A program made the translations under genes and the position numbers. The notes under the pieces are model-generated. The model searched no databases. It saw only the letters and a list, made by a program, of their open reading frames with translations, and was not told the origin of the DNA. 54,551 nucleotides of DNA, from the NCBI GenBank assembly GCA_018398765.1, contig JAHBMJ010000158.1:1-54551 (forward strand). The letters are read 5' to 3'. Of this stretch, positions 51,569 through 54,551 are shown in pieces (positions within the stretch are counted from its first letter, which is position 1; every line of letters starts with the position of its first letter). Source of the stretch: Chromera velia. Its lineage: Eukaryota.

Positions 51569-53846
51569 ATGTCTTCCAATGTCCAAAGAATCCATGCAAG
51601 TGACTCTCTCCTCAGGGGTCAACGTTCGAGCGAGAGCTCCCCTCGGCCTGGAGGTCTGAAGGTAATATTAGGGAGGTGTGTGGTGGTGCTTGCTGTTCTC
51701 GCGGTCGTGGTTCTCTTTTCGATCAATTTCTGGCCTCATGAAAAAGCCAAACAACAGGTAGAAGAGCCGCCTCAACCGGATGTGTCGGGGTCGAGTTCGC
51801 CTGCACCAGAGGCGGATTCGGGGGATATTGAGCCTCTTTCAGAAGACGATAAAGTCCACAGTAGCATAACGCACCCCCTCAAAGATGCTGAGAAGGTGGC
51901 ACAGGTTGAGGATGCAGATGAACTCGATAGAGAAGCCCCTCCTTCAAAAGTGACTGACCTTTCTCCCCCCTCTTCAGACGCCTCCGTACTTTCACCTTCC
52001 TCCAAAGAGGACTCAGAGTCTGCCTTCGTGCGTTTTCTGCTGGAGGAAGACACCTTCTTCAGGGTGCCACAGGTGGACAAATCCACCCGGACCCGCTTCG
52101 ACGATGGGGTCCCTCTTTTCGTGGGCCCTTCCATGAGGGTCTTCGCACTTCTCACAGTCGGACCGCACGCAAGGCACGTACTCAGAGAACACATCTTCGG
52201 GTCCTACCCCATCGTCGCAGGTGGTCTTTATATGAACGTGCGCAATGTCACGTCATGCATGGACGTCCCCGAGCACGTCGGACTCAGCCCCATGGTCTCT
52301 TCTTGCCTCGAAGGTGTGCCTTCACAGCTGAGACCGGCAGACTATGAGGACGGGGGGCCCATCTATGCTTATCAAAGGGCCCAGGCACTAAAGGACCAGT
52401 GGGCCCCGGCAGCTGAGATTGCAATCCGTCTTCAGCCCGGGCGTGTGACATCAGGTGCGGAGATCGGAAAGAGGATTCGAGAGGGGCTCTTCTCCGATTT
52501 TGTTCCGACAGGACAGTCGTGGTGGACAGACGCGCAGAAGGCAGAGGTCAGCATTCATTCGGCATGCAATGGTTACTCATGTGAGAAGCCAGGTAAAATG
52601 ACAATTCAACACATCTTTGGCCTCTCTCTGATCCTCATTTGAATTCTTTGAGAGACATCTCACACCGAAATCGCAACTCACAGACTCTGTGATCCAGTGA
52701 GCGTGTTCTTTTCTCTGACCCCAAAAAGGATGGGGGCTTTGCTTTCTTGTAGCTGTGGCGTAGAACGTCACTTCCTTTCAGTGTTACCATCCAGTTAATT
52801 GTGTTAGTTACGGCCTTTCGCTTTCGTCATTCAGGGTCGGGTTCTTGCGGTGTCACCAATTCCGTTGTGCCCATCTCTGTCAGTTGTGTCCATATGGCTT
52901 CATTCTCCTTTTGAGCTGTATCTTGTTGTTTAATTGTTTGTCTGTCCTGCATGCAGGTGAGGGATCTGGAGGCGAAGATCACGGCCGCCTGTCCTGTGAA
53001 GAAATTTGGACCCTCAGGCAGCGACAGGGGGGAGGACCTAGGCTCACTCTGGCTGGTCTTTAGAGGTGGGTTTTTGTACATACATCGGTGCAGGGTTCTT
53101 GTGTGATTGTTTCTTCTCTTCTGCGTGATCCGGAGAGCTGAGCTCTTTAATTGCACAGAGAGGTGTTGCAGTGGTTGCACGAAATAGATTGATTTTCAAT
53201 CTTTTCTTTTTTCGAACCAGAACGCCTGTTCAGGGAACAAAAAAAACGGACGGACTCTGTCTGATCTGACAAGCTCAGCAAGTGCATGAACCAACAAATT
53301 GTTCTCTTCTTTGCAGGCGGCTCGCTTCAGGACGTTCTGATCTTCTTCCAATTGCCTGGGGAGACGGCCCTCACGGCCTCTGTGCGGAGGGCCGAGACGC
53401 CCGTGTCCGAGGTCCTTCGGTGGGCCCCTCGGTCAGTCTCTCGGACGTTGGAGGGGGCAGAGTCACCGGGTAAGGGGGTGTTCGAGACGTTAATTGCATA
53501 TTTCTTTGGTGAAAAATCGAAAATGCCCGCCTTTCGGGACCCTGAAAGTGAAACCGTCGAGAGCACGCAAGTCAAAGGAAAGGGACCAAGATCAACTGTC
53601 TCAGAGCACCCTCTGAGACTTTTGTTTGAGCATGTGGAGAAAGTGGAGAAGAGATTTGGCCTGAATCCAAATCTGGTCCAGGATAATCCATCAATAGAAG
53701 AGAACCACGTTATCCTGTCTCCGTCTCTCGCTGTGTCAGACTGTAGCGGTTTGGGGGGGGAGGGGGGAGAGGGAGATGCGCAAGGGTGTCTGCCCCTCTC
53801 TGAGTCAAGAGAAGAGAGGGAGGACGACGGACAAGAGACTGCTTAA
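51569..53846 (+). CDS. Hypothetical type II membrane protein; exons 51569-52546, 52957-53065, 53317-53846 (3' end uncertain)
   Basis: N-terminal hydrophobic anchor VVVLAVLAVVVLFSINFW, acidic/Ser-Pro stem, then a globular region; GT-AG junctions keep the frame; no family recognised. Confidence 0.65.
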
Positions 53847-54495
53847 TTCTTCGTGACTTCTTGTTGGCTTTATGTGTTTGTTCCCTCTCTTCCTAGATCC
53901 CGACCTGTACAATTAAGCTTGTGAGGGTGTCANTCACGGCCTCTGTGCGGAGGGCCGAGACGCCCGTGTCCGAGGTCCTTCGGTGGGCCCCTCGGTCAGT
54001 CTCTCGGACGTTGGAGGGGGCAGAGTCACCGGGTAAGGGGGTGTTCGAGACGTTAATTGCATATTTCTTTGGTGAAAAATCGAAAATGCCCGCCTTTCGG
54101 GACCCTGAAAGTGAAACCGTCGAGAGCACGCAAGTCAAAGGAAAGGGACCAAGATCAACTGTCTCAGAGCACCCTCTGAGACTTTTGTTTGAGCATGTGG
54201 AGAAAGTGGAGAAGAGATTTGGCCTGAATCCAAATCTGGTCCAGGATAATCCATCAATAGAAGAGAACCACGTTATCCTGTCTCCGTCTCTCGCTGTGTC
54301 AGACTGTAGCGGTTTGGGGGGGGAGGGGGGAGAGGGAGATGCGCAAGGGTGTCTGCCCCTCTCTGAGTCAAGAGAAGAGAGGGAGGACGACGGACAAGAG
54401 ACTGCTTAATTCTTCGTGACTTCTTGTTGGCTTTATGTGTTTGTTCCCTCTCTTCCTAGATCCCGACCTGTACAATTAAGCTTGTGAGGGTGTCA
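53371..54495. repeat. Identical 562-bp tandem duplication joined by a single N; probable assembly artefact
   Basis: 53371-53932 equals 53934-54495, with N at 53933. Confidence 0.85.
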
Positions 54496-54551
54496 AAAAT
54501 GGTGTTGCGGGGAAGGGGAGGGGGGGGGGGGGGGGGGGGGGGGGGTTTTTT

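Noticed and set aside
53371..54495. Tandem exon duplication in the membrane-protein gene
   Set aside because: Copies are identical and joined by a single N, typical of an unmerged contig overlap

Overview
Eukaryotic, intron-rich, microsatellite-rich genomic DNA. Gene style (GT-AG introns full of CA/GA/TCAG repeats, long S/A/G/E low-complexity insertions, an apicomplexan-type mitochondrial S8) suggests a chromerid alveolate such as Chromera velia; this is an inference. Host genes: a very large multi-exon TRIP12/UPL3/Ufd4-type HECT E3 ligase (minus, 5799-24331), a divergent 3-exon mitochondrial ribosomal protein S8 (25221-27404), an intronless flavin amine oxidase (42144-43643), a multi-exon GH27 alpha-galactosidase (minus, 45584-50863) and an unknown membrane-anchored protein (from 51569). 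A roughly 14 kb transposon island (27.8-41.7 kb) contains an EnSpm/CMC-like element, a LINE with a chromodomain fused in frame just ahead of its APE endonuclease and RT, an RLE (CRE-like) retroelement split by a hAT-like insertion, and a 3 kb TIR element. A MITE (44.5 kb) and a decayed LINE (0.7-4 kb) lie outside the island. The two strongest leads are the chromodomain-APE-RT LINE and a repeat-associated C>T/G>A mutation pattern resembling RIP or methylation-driven decay.
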